Shown in pieces: positions 8,148 to 18,000 of a stretch of DNA of 64,000 nt. Below the pieces are notes generated by a model. The model worked only from the letters and a program-made list of their open reading frames with translations, did not search any database and was not told where the DNA came from. The position numbers were made by a program, and so were the translations under genes. The number at the start of each line of letters is the position of its first letter. The first letter of the stretch is position 1. Source of the stretch: Verrucomicrobiia bacterium (GTDB taxonomy: Bacteria > Verrucomicrobiota > Verrucomicrobiia > Limisphaerales > UBA1319); assembly GCA_963664225.1 (NCBI GenBank), contig OY760937.1:5344001-5408000 (forward strand), read 5' to 3'.

Positions 8148-10721
8148 ATGCCATCCAGCACCACCCAATATACTGTCCCGGAAGCGGACCTGCTTAAGCA
8201 ATTGGGCAGCTCCGGAAATGGCCTGTCTTCGGAAACGGCGCTTGAGCGTTTGCGAGAGACGGGATCAAATACCGTGGCCGCTGGGGAACGCCGGGGAGTC
8301 TTGCGTGATCTGTTAGTGCGGTGTCGCAATCCCCTGGTCATTCAATTGCTCATCATCGCCACTGTTTCCTACCTGATGTCCGATTTGCGCTCCACAGTGG
8401 TTGTGGGGGGCATGGTGTTTCTGAGTGTATTTCTTTCTTATATTCAGGAAACCCGCTCATCGCGCGCCGTTGAGAAACTGCAAAAACTCGTCAAGACCAC
8501 AGTGACAGTTTTGCGCGATGGGAAGGAAGTCGATGTGCCGTTGGAGGATATTGTGCCCGGCGATGTGGTGGTTCTGGCTGCGGGGAGCCTTATTCCGGCG
8601 GATTTGCGGATTTTGTCGGCCAAGGACTTCTTCGTCACACAATCGGCGCTGACGGGTGAATCGATGCCGGTGGAGAAAAACGCGGAGATTAACCCGGTTG
8701 CCGGACGTGGAGCATTCGACCTGAGCAACGCCTGTTTCATGGGATGCAACGTGTTAAGCGGGACAGCACATGGTGTGGTGCTGGCCACCGGAGCACGGAC
8801 GTATTTTGGAGCTCTGGCTCAGAAACTTTTGGCTCGCAGAGCGCCGACGAGCTTTGATAGCGGGGTTCGGGATTTCACCTGGTTGATGATCCGTTTCATG
8901 GTGGTGATGGTGTCGGCGACGTTTTTGATCGTGGGGCTGACAAAAGGCAATTGGTCGGAGGCGCTGCTCTTCGCGTTGTCGGTTGCAGTGGGGCTCACGC
9001 CGGAGATGCTGCCGATGATCATCACGGTTTGCCTCTCCAAGGGGGCGATGCAGATGGCGCGCAAGAAGGTGATCGTGAAGCACCTGCACGCCATCCAGAA
9101 TTTTGGCGCGATGGATGTGCTCTGCACGGACAAGACGGGCACGCTGACGCAGGATCATGTGGTGCTGGAGCGCTATGTGGATGTGGCCAACCGGACGAGC
9201 GAGGATGTGCTGCGCTACGCCTACATGAACAGCTTTTACCAGACCGGTTTGCGCAATTTACTGGATAGGGCCATTCTGGCTCACAAGGAGTTGGATGTGG
9301 AGCGTAATTGTCGCAAAGTGGATGAAATTCCATTCGACTTCAAGCGGCGACGCATGTCGGTGGTGATCGATTATGAGGATCGCCATGTGCTGATCTGCAA
9401 AGGGGCGGTGGAGGAGGTGGCGGGAGTCTGTGAGAATTACCAGGTGGACGACGACATCAACCCGCTGATTCAGTTGATTCGGGACGATTTGATGGATGAA
9501 TACCGAAGCCTCAGTGCGGAGGGGTATCGTGTTCTGGCCATTGCCTACCGGGAATTTGATCGGGGCAAACAGAGTTTCAATGTGGCGGACGAGGCGGGTT
9601 TAACGCTGCTGGGATACATCGCTTTTTTCGATCCGCCCAAGGATACCTCAGCCAGGGCGATCGAGGGGCTTACGCGCTCGGGAGTAAAGGTGAAGATTTT
9701 AACCGGTGACAATGAATTAGTGACGCGCAAGGTTTGCCACGATGTGGCCATGCCGATCAGCAAAATTGTGACCGGACCGCAGTTGGCGGCCATGGGTGAG
9801 GAACAATTTGCGAAAGAGGTGGACGAAGCCAATGTGCTGGCCCGTTTGTCGCCGGATCAGAAGGAGAAAGTCATTCAGACGCTCCGAGCCCGGGGGCATG
9901 TGGTCGGGTTCATGGGGGATGGGATCAACGACGTGCTGGCGATGAAGGCGGCGGATGTGGCGATTTCCGTGGATACGGCTGTGGATGTGGCGAAGGAATC
10001 CGCCGACATTATTCTGCTGGAAAAGAGCCTGCTGGTGCTGGAGGAAGGGATTATTGAGGGGCGGAAGGTGTTTGGCAATATTCTCAAGTATATCAAGATG
10101 GGCGCGAGTTCGAACTTCGGGAATATGTTCAGCGTGGTGGGAGGGGCTTATTTTCTGCCGTTTTTGCCGATGGCCCCAATCCAGGTGTTGGTGAACAACC
10201 TGCTTTACGACGTGTCCCAGGTCGGCATTCCGCTGGATAATGTGGATGAGGAATATCTCGCCAAGCCGAGACAGTGGAATATCAAGAGCATCCGCAACTT
10301 CATGGTATTCATCGGGCCGATCAGCTCCATATTCGATTACGCGACCTTCTTTCTGATGCTGTATTTTTTCAAATGCGCGGCGTTTTCGCAGGCCGGTCCG
10401 GTGGACAAGGCCTATTACGAAAGCCTGTTTCACACGGGGTGGTTTGTGGAATCGCTGCTGACGCAGACGCTGATTGTGCATATCATCCGCACGCAGCGGA
10501 TACCATTCATTCAGAGCCGGCCGAGCAAGCCGATGCTTTTTGGCACGCTTTTGGTGATGGCCATTGGGGTGTGGCTGCCTTTTTCACCGCTGGCGCGGTT
10601 TTTGGGTTTGACGCCTCTGCCCGGAGTGTTTTTTGTCTGGCTTGCGGGTTTTCTCGTCTCTTATTGTGTGATTACACATTGTGTGAAGATGTGGTTTACA
10701 CGTCGGTTTGGGATGGATTGA
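8148..10721 (+). CDS. mgtA: Magnesium-translocating P-type ATPase
   Basis: TGES, VAVGLTPEMLP, CTDKTGTLT, TGDN, GDGIND, SSNFGNMFS, NNLLYD, FHTGWFVESLLTQ (P3B-type motifs). Confidence 0.93.
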   Translation: MPSSTTQYTVPEADLLKQLGSSGNGLSSETALERLRETGSNTVAAGERRGVLRDLLVRCRNPLVIQLLIIATVSYLMSDLRSTVVVGGMVFLSVFLSYIQETRSSRAVEKLQKLVKTTVTVLRDGKEVDVPLEDIVPGDVVVLAAGSLIPADLRILSAKDFFVTQSALTGESMPVEKNAEINPVAGRGAFDLSNACFMGCNVLSGTAHGVVLATGARTYFGALAQKLLARRAPTSFDSGVRDFTWLMIRFMVVMVSATFLIVGLTKGNWSEALLFALSVAVGLTPEMLPMIITVCLSKGAMQMARKKVIVKHLHAIQNFGAMDVLCTDKTGTLTQDHVVLERYVDVANRTSEDVLRYAYMNSFYQTGLRNLLDRAILAHKELDVERNCRKVDEIPFDFKRRRMSVVIDYEDRHVLICKGAVEEVAGVCENYQVDDDINPLIQLIRDDLMDEYRSLSAEGYRVLAIAYREFDRGKQSFNVADEAGLTLLGYIAFFDPPKDTSARAIEGLTRSGVKVKILTGDNELVTRKVCHDVAMPISKIVTGPQLAAMGEEQFAKEVDEANVLARLSPDQKEKVIQTLRARGHVVGFMGDGINDVLAMKAADVAISVDTAVDVAKESADIILLEKSLLVLEEGIIEGRKVFGNILKYIKMGASSNFGNMFSVVGGAYFLPFLPMAPIQVLVNNLLYDVSQVGIPLDNVDEEYLAKPRQWNIKSIRNFMVFIGPISSIFDYATFFLMLYFFKCAAFSQAGPVDKAYYESLFHTGWFVESLLTQTLIVHIIRTQRIPFIQSRPSKPMLFGTLLVMAIGVWLPFSPLARFLGLTPLPGVFFVWLAGFLVSYCVITHCVKMWFTRRFGMD

Positions 10722-10722
10722 T

Positions 10723-11508
10723 ATGCGGAGTATTTTAAACGCTTTACAGGATGGCCGTCTCTTTGAATTGCCCGCGGTGGACAAGGAGAAGGCGCTCGAA
10801 TTTTTGGCGCGCATTCTGGACGCCAACCCCGACATCGAGGTGGGGACGGACGCGATCGAGGAGATTCAGCGACGGGAGCTGGAGTATAACACGGGCATTG
10901 GACTGGGCGTGGGATGTCCGCATGTGCGCGCCAAGCGTGAAGAGGGGGAATTGTTTTGCGCGATTGGCTGGGCGCCAGCAGGGATCGAATACGGCGCGTC
11001 GGACGGGGAACCGGTCCACCTGGTGTTCATGTATTACATTCCCGGGGCGCAAAAGAACGTTTATCTCAAGGAAGTTTCAGGACTGGTAAAGGCGATCCGC
11101 AAGAGCGGCGGGATCAAGGCAATCGCCCATGCCACGGACCTGATCGTGGTGCGCAATCTCCTGCTGGATTGGGTGAGCGGTGTGCTGGGAGACGCCGGAC
11201 CGGAGGCTGTGGCCCGGATGATCAAGCTCGATATCAAGGAGGCGCAGCGAACAATCGAAATCGTGTCGGAACCCCGGCACGGCATCACGCAGCTTATACC
11301 TTTTTCAGTCGTGGTCTCATCCCCCAATCATGTCATCGTGCTTTCCCAGGACGCGGATTGGGTGAACATGTTGGAGAAGGAGGCGGGTATTGGCCAGCGG
11401 CTTCTTGGAGCGGCTCCGTTTGTCGTTGCCGGACGCCAGATATTCATTACCGGATCAACCGCTTATCCCCGAGGTCGCACGCTTTATCAGTGCGTGGCGG
11501 CAATTTGA
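10723..11508 (+). CDS. PTS IIA (EIIA-Ntr/fructose-type) domain protein with C-terminal extension
   Basis: 'RRELEYNTGIGLGVGCPHVR...GIEYGASDGEPVHLVFM' EIIA motif with phosphorylatable His; starts immediately after mgtA stop. Confidence 0.8.
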   Translation: MRSILNALQDGRLFELPAVDKEKALEFLARILDANPDIEVGTDAIEEIQRRELEYNTGIGLGVGCPHVRAKREEGELFCAIGWAPAGIEYGASDGEPVHLVFMYYIPGAQKNVYLKEVSGLVKAIRKSGGIKAIAHATDLIVVRNLLLDWVSGVLGDAGPEAVARMIKLDIKEAQRTIEIVSEPRHGITQLIPFSVVVSSPNHVIVLSQDADWVNMLEKEAGIGQRLLGAAPFVVAGRQIFITGSTAYPRGRTLYQCVAAI

Positions 11509-11540
11509 AGAAAGGGACATGGGGTTTGGACCCGGGCATG

Positions 11541-11570
11541 AAAAAGGCGCGGAAAATATTTCCCGCGCCT
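11541..11570 (-). terminator. Rho-independent terminator for the fucosidase gene (possibly bidirectional)
   Basis: AGGCGCGG...CCGCGCCT stem with an A5 tract on the left (U-tract on the minus strand), between convergent genes. Confidence 0.7.
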
Positions 11571-11599
11571 GATTGAATCGTAAGAAACGAGGTGCTTAA

Positions 11600-13567
11600 T
11601 TATTTTTGGACTTTGCGGAGTTTGACTTCCGCAAGGTTGATGGCCTTCCAGGATTTCTCGTCGCGCGGGCGAATCGTCAGGAGTTGTTCCCCGGTTTTTG
11701 TGATTTCCACACGGCCGGCAACGATGGGTTTGAAGGTCTCCCATGCGCCCGTTCCGGGGATGGGGACGTTGAGTTTCTGCTCGGCGAGTTCCACAACGAC
11801 CTCGCTGCCGGACATGGCGGTAGCGGTTTCGAAGCTGACTTCGTAGGTGGCTGCGGTGGGAACACTGAATTTCCAGGAAACAGAATCAAAGGCGGAATTC
11901 CAATAGCCGAGGTTTTCATGCTCGCCTTTTTGTTCCGTCTGGATGGCTCCTGTGAGTTGGGCGTTGGCCACCGGAAGGGTAATGTTGCCATTGGCATCCG
12001 GATTGACCGGGGCAATGCCAGCGCTGGCGGTGAGCGGCGTGAAATCGTTGAGGCGCTGCCCGTTGATTTTCAGGGCGATGGCGTGATCGGAGAATTTCGC
12101 GGGCAGGGTGACGGCGAGGCCATCCGCAGTCTGAGTCCACTGGATTTTGCCTTTGTAACCGACGAGGCTGACTTTGGTGATTTTTCCGCTGGTGGGAGAT
12201 TTGGCCAGAGTCTTGATGAGAAGTTTGCCATCGGCAGGCCAACCCAGGGCGAAGGCGTAGAGGGTTTTGCCTTTGGAGGTGAAGCGAATGTCTGCAGCGC
12301 TATAGCCGAAGTCTTCCTTGAAATTTCCACCTTTGGCCTTTGTGGGGCCTTCGCCATAGACGATCCAGGGGCGCGTACCAAAAATGCCTTCGCCGTTCAC
12401 TGCGGTCCAGTCGGCCATTTGACCGAGGAGCGTTTCCACCTCGGGATCGATCGAGCCATCGGGGCGCTGCACGACATTGAGGAGCAGGTTTCCGTTTTTG
12501 CTGACGATGTCCACGAGCATGTTGATGACCCAGTCCACGTTGCGGAATTTCCAGTTTTTGTTGTAGAACCAATCACCAATGGAGGTATCGGTCTGCCAGG
12601 GTTGAGGCCGGATGCCAGGCATGACACCGCGCTCGAGGTCCTCGACCCACATGCCATCGGATTTTTGTTTGCAGGTGTAAACGGTTTCGAGGCGGCCGCT
12701 GTGGCGCTTCATGTCCGTATTGTAAAGGTGCGCGATCATGCCACGGCCGAAATCGTTGCCGAAGGGCACGCCGCCGTCGGTGTAAAGCAGGTCGAGATCG
12801 TAATTGTTGATGAGGTCTTGAATGCGGCCGAACCATTCCTGATGCCAGCGGGGATCGTTGCTGTACCAACCGGTATCGCCGGGTTTCGCCGGGAAATGGT
12901 AGAGGTCCTGGTATTGGGGATTGGCGCCATCGTAGGGCACGCCCGCCTTGGGACCGGTTTTATCCGAGCCGTGGCTGACCTGATACCAGGTGAAGCTGGC
13001 ACCCAAATGTTCGGAGACCCCGAAGCGCAGTCCCTTTTTGTGCGCGGCGGCCTGCCATGTGCCCACGACGTCGCGGTGCGGGCCCATGTTGACGGCGTTC
13101 CATTTGTTGGAATGGGAGTTCCAGAGGTCGAAATTGTCGTGATGCACGCCCATGCTGACGAAATAGTGCGCGCCCGCTTTCTTGTAGAGGCCCATCAAAC
13201 GATCGGGGTCCCATTTCTCGGCCTTCCACAGGGGGATGATGTCTTTGAAACCTTTTTCGGAAGGGTGACCGTAATTTTTCAAATGGTCTTCGTATTGGCC
13301 CTGTCCCTGGATGTACATGTTGCGCGCATACCAATCACCAGCCATGGGGACGGACTGGGGCCCCCAGTGAGCCCAGATGCCCAGTTTGGCATCCCGAAAC
13401 CAGTCCGGGTATTTGTATTGCTTGAGGGATTCGAAGGTGGGAGCGAATGGGCCAGGGGCGATCTTCGGTATCTGGACCGGATCTGGAGCATCGGCTGCAT
13501 GACTGAGCGCAGGCAGCAGCACCGCCGCGAGGCAGGAGGCGAACAGCGGGATCGTGTATGTTTTCAT
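11600..13567 (-). CDS. Alpha-L-fucosidase (GH29), secreted, with C-terminal beta-sandwich/CBM-like domain
   Basis: Signal peptide; WFRDAKLGIWAHWG, HHDNFDLW, LLYTDG, WQTDTSIG, DIVSKNGNLLLNV. Confidence 0.9.
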   Translation of the reverse strand: MKTYTIPLFASCLAAVLLPALSHAADAPDPVQIPKIAPGPFAPTFESLKQYKYPDWFRDAKLGIWAHWGPQSVPMAGDWYARNMYIQGQGQYEDHLKNYGHPSEKGFKDIIPLWKAEKWDPDRLMGLYKKAGAHYFVSMGVHHDNFDLWNSHSNKWNAVNMGPHRDVVGTWQAAAHKKGLRFGVSEHLGASFTWYQVSHGSDKTGPKAGVPYDGANPQYQDLYHFPAKPGDTGWYSNDPRWHQEWFGRIQDLINNYDLDLLYTDGGVPFGNDFGRGMIAHLYNTDMKRHSGRLETVYTCKQKSDGMWVEDLERGVMPGIRPQPWQTDTSIGDWFYNKNWKFRNVDWVINMLVDIVSKNGNLLLNVVQRPDGSIDPEVETLLGQMADWTAVNGEGIFGTRPWIVYGEGPTKAKGGNFKEDFGYSAADIRFTSKGKTLYAFALGWPADGKLLIKTLAKSPTSGKITKVSLVGYKGKIQWTQTADGLAVTLPAKFSDHAIALKINGQRLNDFTPLTASAGIAPVNPDANGNITLPVANAQLTGAIQTEQKGEHENLGYWNSAFDSVSWKFSVPTAATYEVSFETATAMSGSEVVVELAEQKLNVPIPGTGAWETFKPIVAGRVEITKTGEQLLTIRPRDEKSWKAINLAEVKLRKVQK

Positions 13568-13633
13568 GGTTTTGCTTCTTTATTGAGATGGCCAGTATGA
13601 CTCCATGACCGGTGTCATCGCCAGAGTATTGGA

Positions 13634-13669
13634 ATGTCGATTTTTGACCGGGTGATGTCGATTTTTGAC
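13634..13669. promoter_or_regulatory. Tandem 15-bp direct repeat, candidate AraC-type activator site upstream of the fucosidase
   Basis: ATGTCGATTTTTGAC at 13634-13648 and 13655-13669 (21-bp period). Confidence 0.6.
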
Positions 13670-13685
13670 TTCCTGATTGTGGTGA

Positions 13686-14870
13686 TTATCTCAAGTGAAC
13701 ATTTTTGCCTTCCGCGATTTTGCAGTAGAGTTGTTCTTTGCCGTAGTAGCCGCTGTTGTAATAGAGGGACATCCGTCCGTCAGGCAGGACTAGAATATGT
13801 TGACGCCACAAGTTTGTGCCTTCGCCCAGGGCTTGGGCCTGCGCGGGAACATTCTCAATCCATTCGATGGGTTGAGGACACCATTGCCATCCGCGAACCG
13901 GCCATTCCTCGTCGCAATAGGCGAAGCCACCCAGGCTGGGCGGCGGTTCCTCGCTAAAGACCTCTTTGTCGCCATGCCGGGGAGCGGTTGGGGATGCGTT
14001 GATGATGGCAATCCAGCGGTGATTTCTGCCGGGCAGGATTTGGAGGCCGCCCACCCATCCCGAAGCCCAATGTCCCGCTGTCTGGCAGGGAGGCAGGATT
14101 TCTCCCAGCTTGCGCACAGTGGACTCGCCGACACGCTGCACGGCCACGGCCTGCGCATTACCAAAGGGACTGATGCGCCGGGACTGGGCCTTTTCGGGGT
14201 AGCCCATGTAGAAGTAGAGGATTTCATTGCGCTCGGGGAAGTGGAAGCCAGTGACTGCGTCAACGTGTTTGGAATCGAAATCGCCAGGTCCACCATTAAC
14301 GATCAATGGTTCCGGTTTTACCGTCCAGGGGCCTGCCAGTTTGTCAGCCACAGATTGTTGAACGACCTTGTGGCCGTCCTGCCAGCTCACACTCAGGAGC
14401 CTGTACTGGCCGTCGATTTTGGCGGGATGGTTTGGACGATGCGCATCCATCACGACGTAGGGTTTTTGCGTGGAACCACCGCTCACTTGTTGCGGATTGG
14501 TAAAGACCAGCGGCCCCTCCAGTTTCCAGTGGCCCGGTCCCGGTTCCAACCCGTGCGGGCAGATGGCCTGGCCGCAGCCCGGGGGCTCGAAAAAGAGAAA
14601 CATGCGCCAGCCGCCGATGTCCTCGTCGCGCACGATGCAGGGATCGCCGACCACACTGGACCCTGGACCACCCATGCCCCGCTGGATGATCAGGCCGGCT
14701 CGCCGCCAGGAGCGGGGAATATCGCAGGTCATTGTCTGCGCTTTCTTACCCGCGCTCGTTTGGGGCAACGCCGTGTCCTGAGTCTGAAGTGTTTTCGATT
14801 GGACAAGTGACGGTGTTGCAGCCAGAGCGGCCAGCCCAGTCAGTGAGGAGCAGAATTTTCGGCGGTTCAT
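13686..14870 (-). CDS. Tat-exported five-bladed beta-propeller glycoside hydrolase-like protein
   Basis: True start MNRRKF... (twin-arginine) at 14870; VVGDPCIV, GPW, FDSKHVD, LYYNSG propeller-type motifs; upstream part of the 847-aa ORF is antisense to GH2. Confidence 0.65.
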   Translation of the reverse strand: MNRRKFCSSLTGLAALAATPSLVQSKTLQTQDTALPQTSAGKKAQTMTCDIPRSWRRAGLIIQRGMGGPGSSVVGDPCIVRDEDIGGWRMFLFFEPPGCGQAICPHGLEPGPGHWKLEGPLVFTNPQQVSGGSTQKPYVVMDAHRPNHPAKIDGQYRLLSVSWQDGHKVVQQSVADKLAGPWTVKPEPLIVNGGPGDFDSKHVDAVTGFHFPERNEILYFYMGYPEKAQSRRISPFGNAQAVAVQRVGESTVRKLGEILPPCQTAGHWASGWVGGLQILPGRNHRWIAIINASPTAPRHGDKEVFSEEPPPSLGGFAYCDEEWPVRGWQWCPQPIEWIENVPAQAQALGEGTNLWRQHILVLPDGRMSLYYNSGYYGKEQLYCKIAEGKNVHLR

Positions 14871-15062
14871 GGCTGGATCATGAACTTGTTCTTGGTTTTT
14901 ATAAAGTGGAATCGCAGGGATGACGGTATTTTCCATCCGGGCCATTTTGAATATGAAAAGCTGGCTTCTGGTGGGATGCTTTTGTATAGGTGGTGGCCAC
15001 CGCCGTCCCTGTTGATTTGCGCTTGTGCGGAGGAGTACTGAATTGGAAAACGTTTTGATTGA

Positions 15063-18000
15063 ATGAAGCTGAAACCTGTTCTGCTTTGGAAGTTTGTTGT
15101 GAGGCTGGCTGCGTTTGCCGTTCTGGTGCATGGCACCCGGGCCGCGACGCCCGCGTATGTGTGGCTGGAAGGGGAGAATCCGAGCCAGTGCAATTACCGG
15201 CAGGCGGCTGAGGGTGTGGGGAATCCGCAATTTCTGTCGGGCACAAACTGGCTCAAAATCAGCATCGACGCCGACAAGCTGGAGAAGGAAGCTCCGGCGG
15301 AAGGGGTGCTGGTGGATTATGCGTTTGAGGCGAAAGCGTCCGGCGATCACGAAATCTGGACGCGCATCGGTTTTGAGTTTGTCCGCTCGGCCTTCGAGTG
15401 GCGGGTGGATCAGGGCGAGTGGTCCGCCGTCTCTCCCGAGCAACTCACCACGGACCTGATGGAGTTGAGCTTTTGGACCGAGGTCGCCTGGCTGAAGCTC
15501 GGTCATCAGCCCATTACAGCCGGTCGGCATACGCTGAGTTTTCGTCTGCCGAAGGCCCACGATAAGCAGGGCAAGCCGCAGAAGATTCTGTTCGCGCTGG
15601 ATTGCGTTTGTTTGTCCGCGGGCGAATTTTTCCCCTACCAGGCCTGTAAGCCGGATGAGGATCATCAAAACGATAATGACCGGGCGGCTGCCAAACACGT
15701 TTTCGCATTGCCAGAGCCCAAGGATCCGTCTGCCCGGATGACGATCCCGCTGAATGGAACCTGGGAAATCTGTCGCCACGACGAACAACTGCCGGGAATG
15801 GTTGCCGCGCCGATCACCAGCTTTCCAGCCCAGCCGCGCTGGACGGCGATGCAAGTGCCAGGCGATAAAAACGAACGCGCTGATCTGGTGTTTGCGCACC
15901 GGCTGTGGTATCGCACCAGGGTCCACATTCCCGAATCGCAGAAGGGGCGGTCCTTCTTCCTTGTGTTTCCGGCGAACAGCCTCAATACGACCATTTACGT
16001 GAATGGGCAATTCTGCGGATTCGAGAAAAGTCCATTCGCGCGCTTTCAGGTCGATATCAGCAAGGCTGCGAAGCCCGGCATGAACGAGGTGTGGGTGGGC
16101 ATCAAGGACGCCTGGTATGGCTACAAAGCGGACGCGGCCGATCCACTGGTGCTGCGCAAACGCTGGAATCTGCCGTTGAAGTATCTGAGCGAAGGTTTCC
16201 AGGAGTTGGTTTATCCGGTGTGGAATCAAAAGTTGATGGGCATCATTGGAACACCCGAGTTTGTGGCTGCAGGTTCGACGTATGCCGCAGATGTGTTCTG
16301 CAAACCGTCGGTGGCCAACAAGAAACTAGGCGTGGAGATTGAGCTAAAGAGCAATCTGGCCGCAACAAGGCAAGCGGTTGTCACGGTCGAAGCGGTCAAC
16401 GACAAGAGCGGCGAGGTGGAAAAGCGATGGACTCTGCCATCCGTCGATGTCAGTGGGGGCGAGGCGAAGATTGTAACGGATTTGGATTGGGAGAATCCAA
16501 AGCTGTGGTGGCCTGACGAGCCGACTTGTTACCGGTTGCGCACCACGGTGGCCATTGACTCCAAAACGGTCGATATCCAGGAAACGCTCTTCGGATTCCG
16601 GGAATGGACGCGAGATGGAATTCATCTCAAATTAAACGGGATCAACTGGCAGGGATTCGCGGACGGACTGCCCGGCGACACTCCTGAAAAATTCCTGGCT
16701 GCGCACAAGGACCCGCATTACAACTCCGGCTTCGCGCGGATGTGGACGCACGTTTACAAGTGGCTGGGTGTCGAGCCGGAGGAGGCGCTCACGTTCATGG
16801 ATCGTGGAGGGCAATTGATCCGGCGCTCGAGCTGCCTGGATGGCGAGGCCATTGGATACATGCCCGGTTTGCTTCCTGACCTAGGGACCAATTGGATCGA
16901 TCAAATAACGGCGGCGATCAAGGGCGAGCGCAATCATCCGAGCATCATGATCTGGTCGGTCGAGAACGAAATCAATTTCATCAACGCCCGCAACATGGGC
17001 GCCCTCGACAAATGGGAGCCAACGTTGACCCGGGCCTGGGAGGCGATTCAAAAGGTCGATCCCACACGGCCCATCATGATTGACGGCGGCGGCGCCACCC
17101 GCGCGCAGACGCTTCCTGTTCACGGAGATCATTACACCACAAAACCGTTTTGGAATTATCCACAGCTCGCTTACGAGGCGAACGAAAATCAGAATCCGTG
17201 GATCTGGGACCAGAAACGTCCCAAGTTCATTGGAGAGGAACTTTTTGCGGCGGGCATCAACCCCGCCTATGCCTATTTCGGAGGCGAGCAGGTGTTTCTC
17301 GGGAAATCCGGGAACCGGCCCGCTGTGGGCAAGGCGATGCAGGTCATTTCACAAGGCTACCGATGGTTTGGGGTGGCTGCCTGCGATTTCTGCCAGATGA
17401 CCACTGACTCGGACGGCTCGCAATACAACGAATGGGCTCCCCGCGCCGTGCTGGTTCGCCAATGGGACTACACGTTCCCATCGGGCCAGAAAGCCAAACG
17501 AACTGTCGGCATTTTCAACAATACAAGATTCCCCGATCCACTGACGTTTACCTGGAAACTTACGCTCAACAACAAGGAAGTCGCTTCGAGTTCGACCACG
17601 CATAATGTTGCGCCAGGTGAAAATGAGAAATTCGATGTCGAATTGGACATTCCCTCAACCCAACAGCGGCTTGAAGGCGAATGGGTGCTGACGCTTGCGA
17701 CGAAGGGGACGGAAATCTTCCGGACGGTCAAGGAATTGTCGGTGCTGCCGGCCGACAAGGATTTGGCAATACCCGGAAAGGTTGCGGGTCTGAAGGCGAC
17801 CGATCTGTATGTTTACGATCCCAAGGGAGGCGCCACGGCGTTTCTCAAGGCGCATGGAGTGGCGTTCACGCCATTAAATAGCATTGCCGCGCCATCCGAG
17901 CCGGGAAAACTCTGGCTGCTCGGTGAGGATGCCCTTGGCGCCGCCGATGCGTCATCGACTGCGTTCGCTGCATATGCCGCCGGCGGGGGGCGTGTCATCC

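Noticed and set aside
11606..13600. 664-aa plus-strand ORF
   Set aside because: Exact antisense shadow of the GH29 gene; stop-free because of codon bias, no protein motifs
14871..16229. N-terminal 450 aa of the 847-aa minus-strand ORF
   Set aside because: Antisense to the GH2 gene and intergenic DNA; the real protein begins at the Tat signal (14870)
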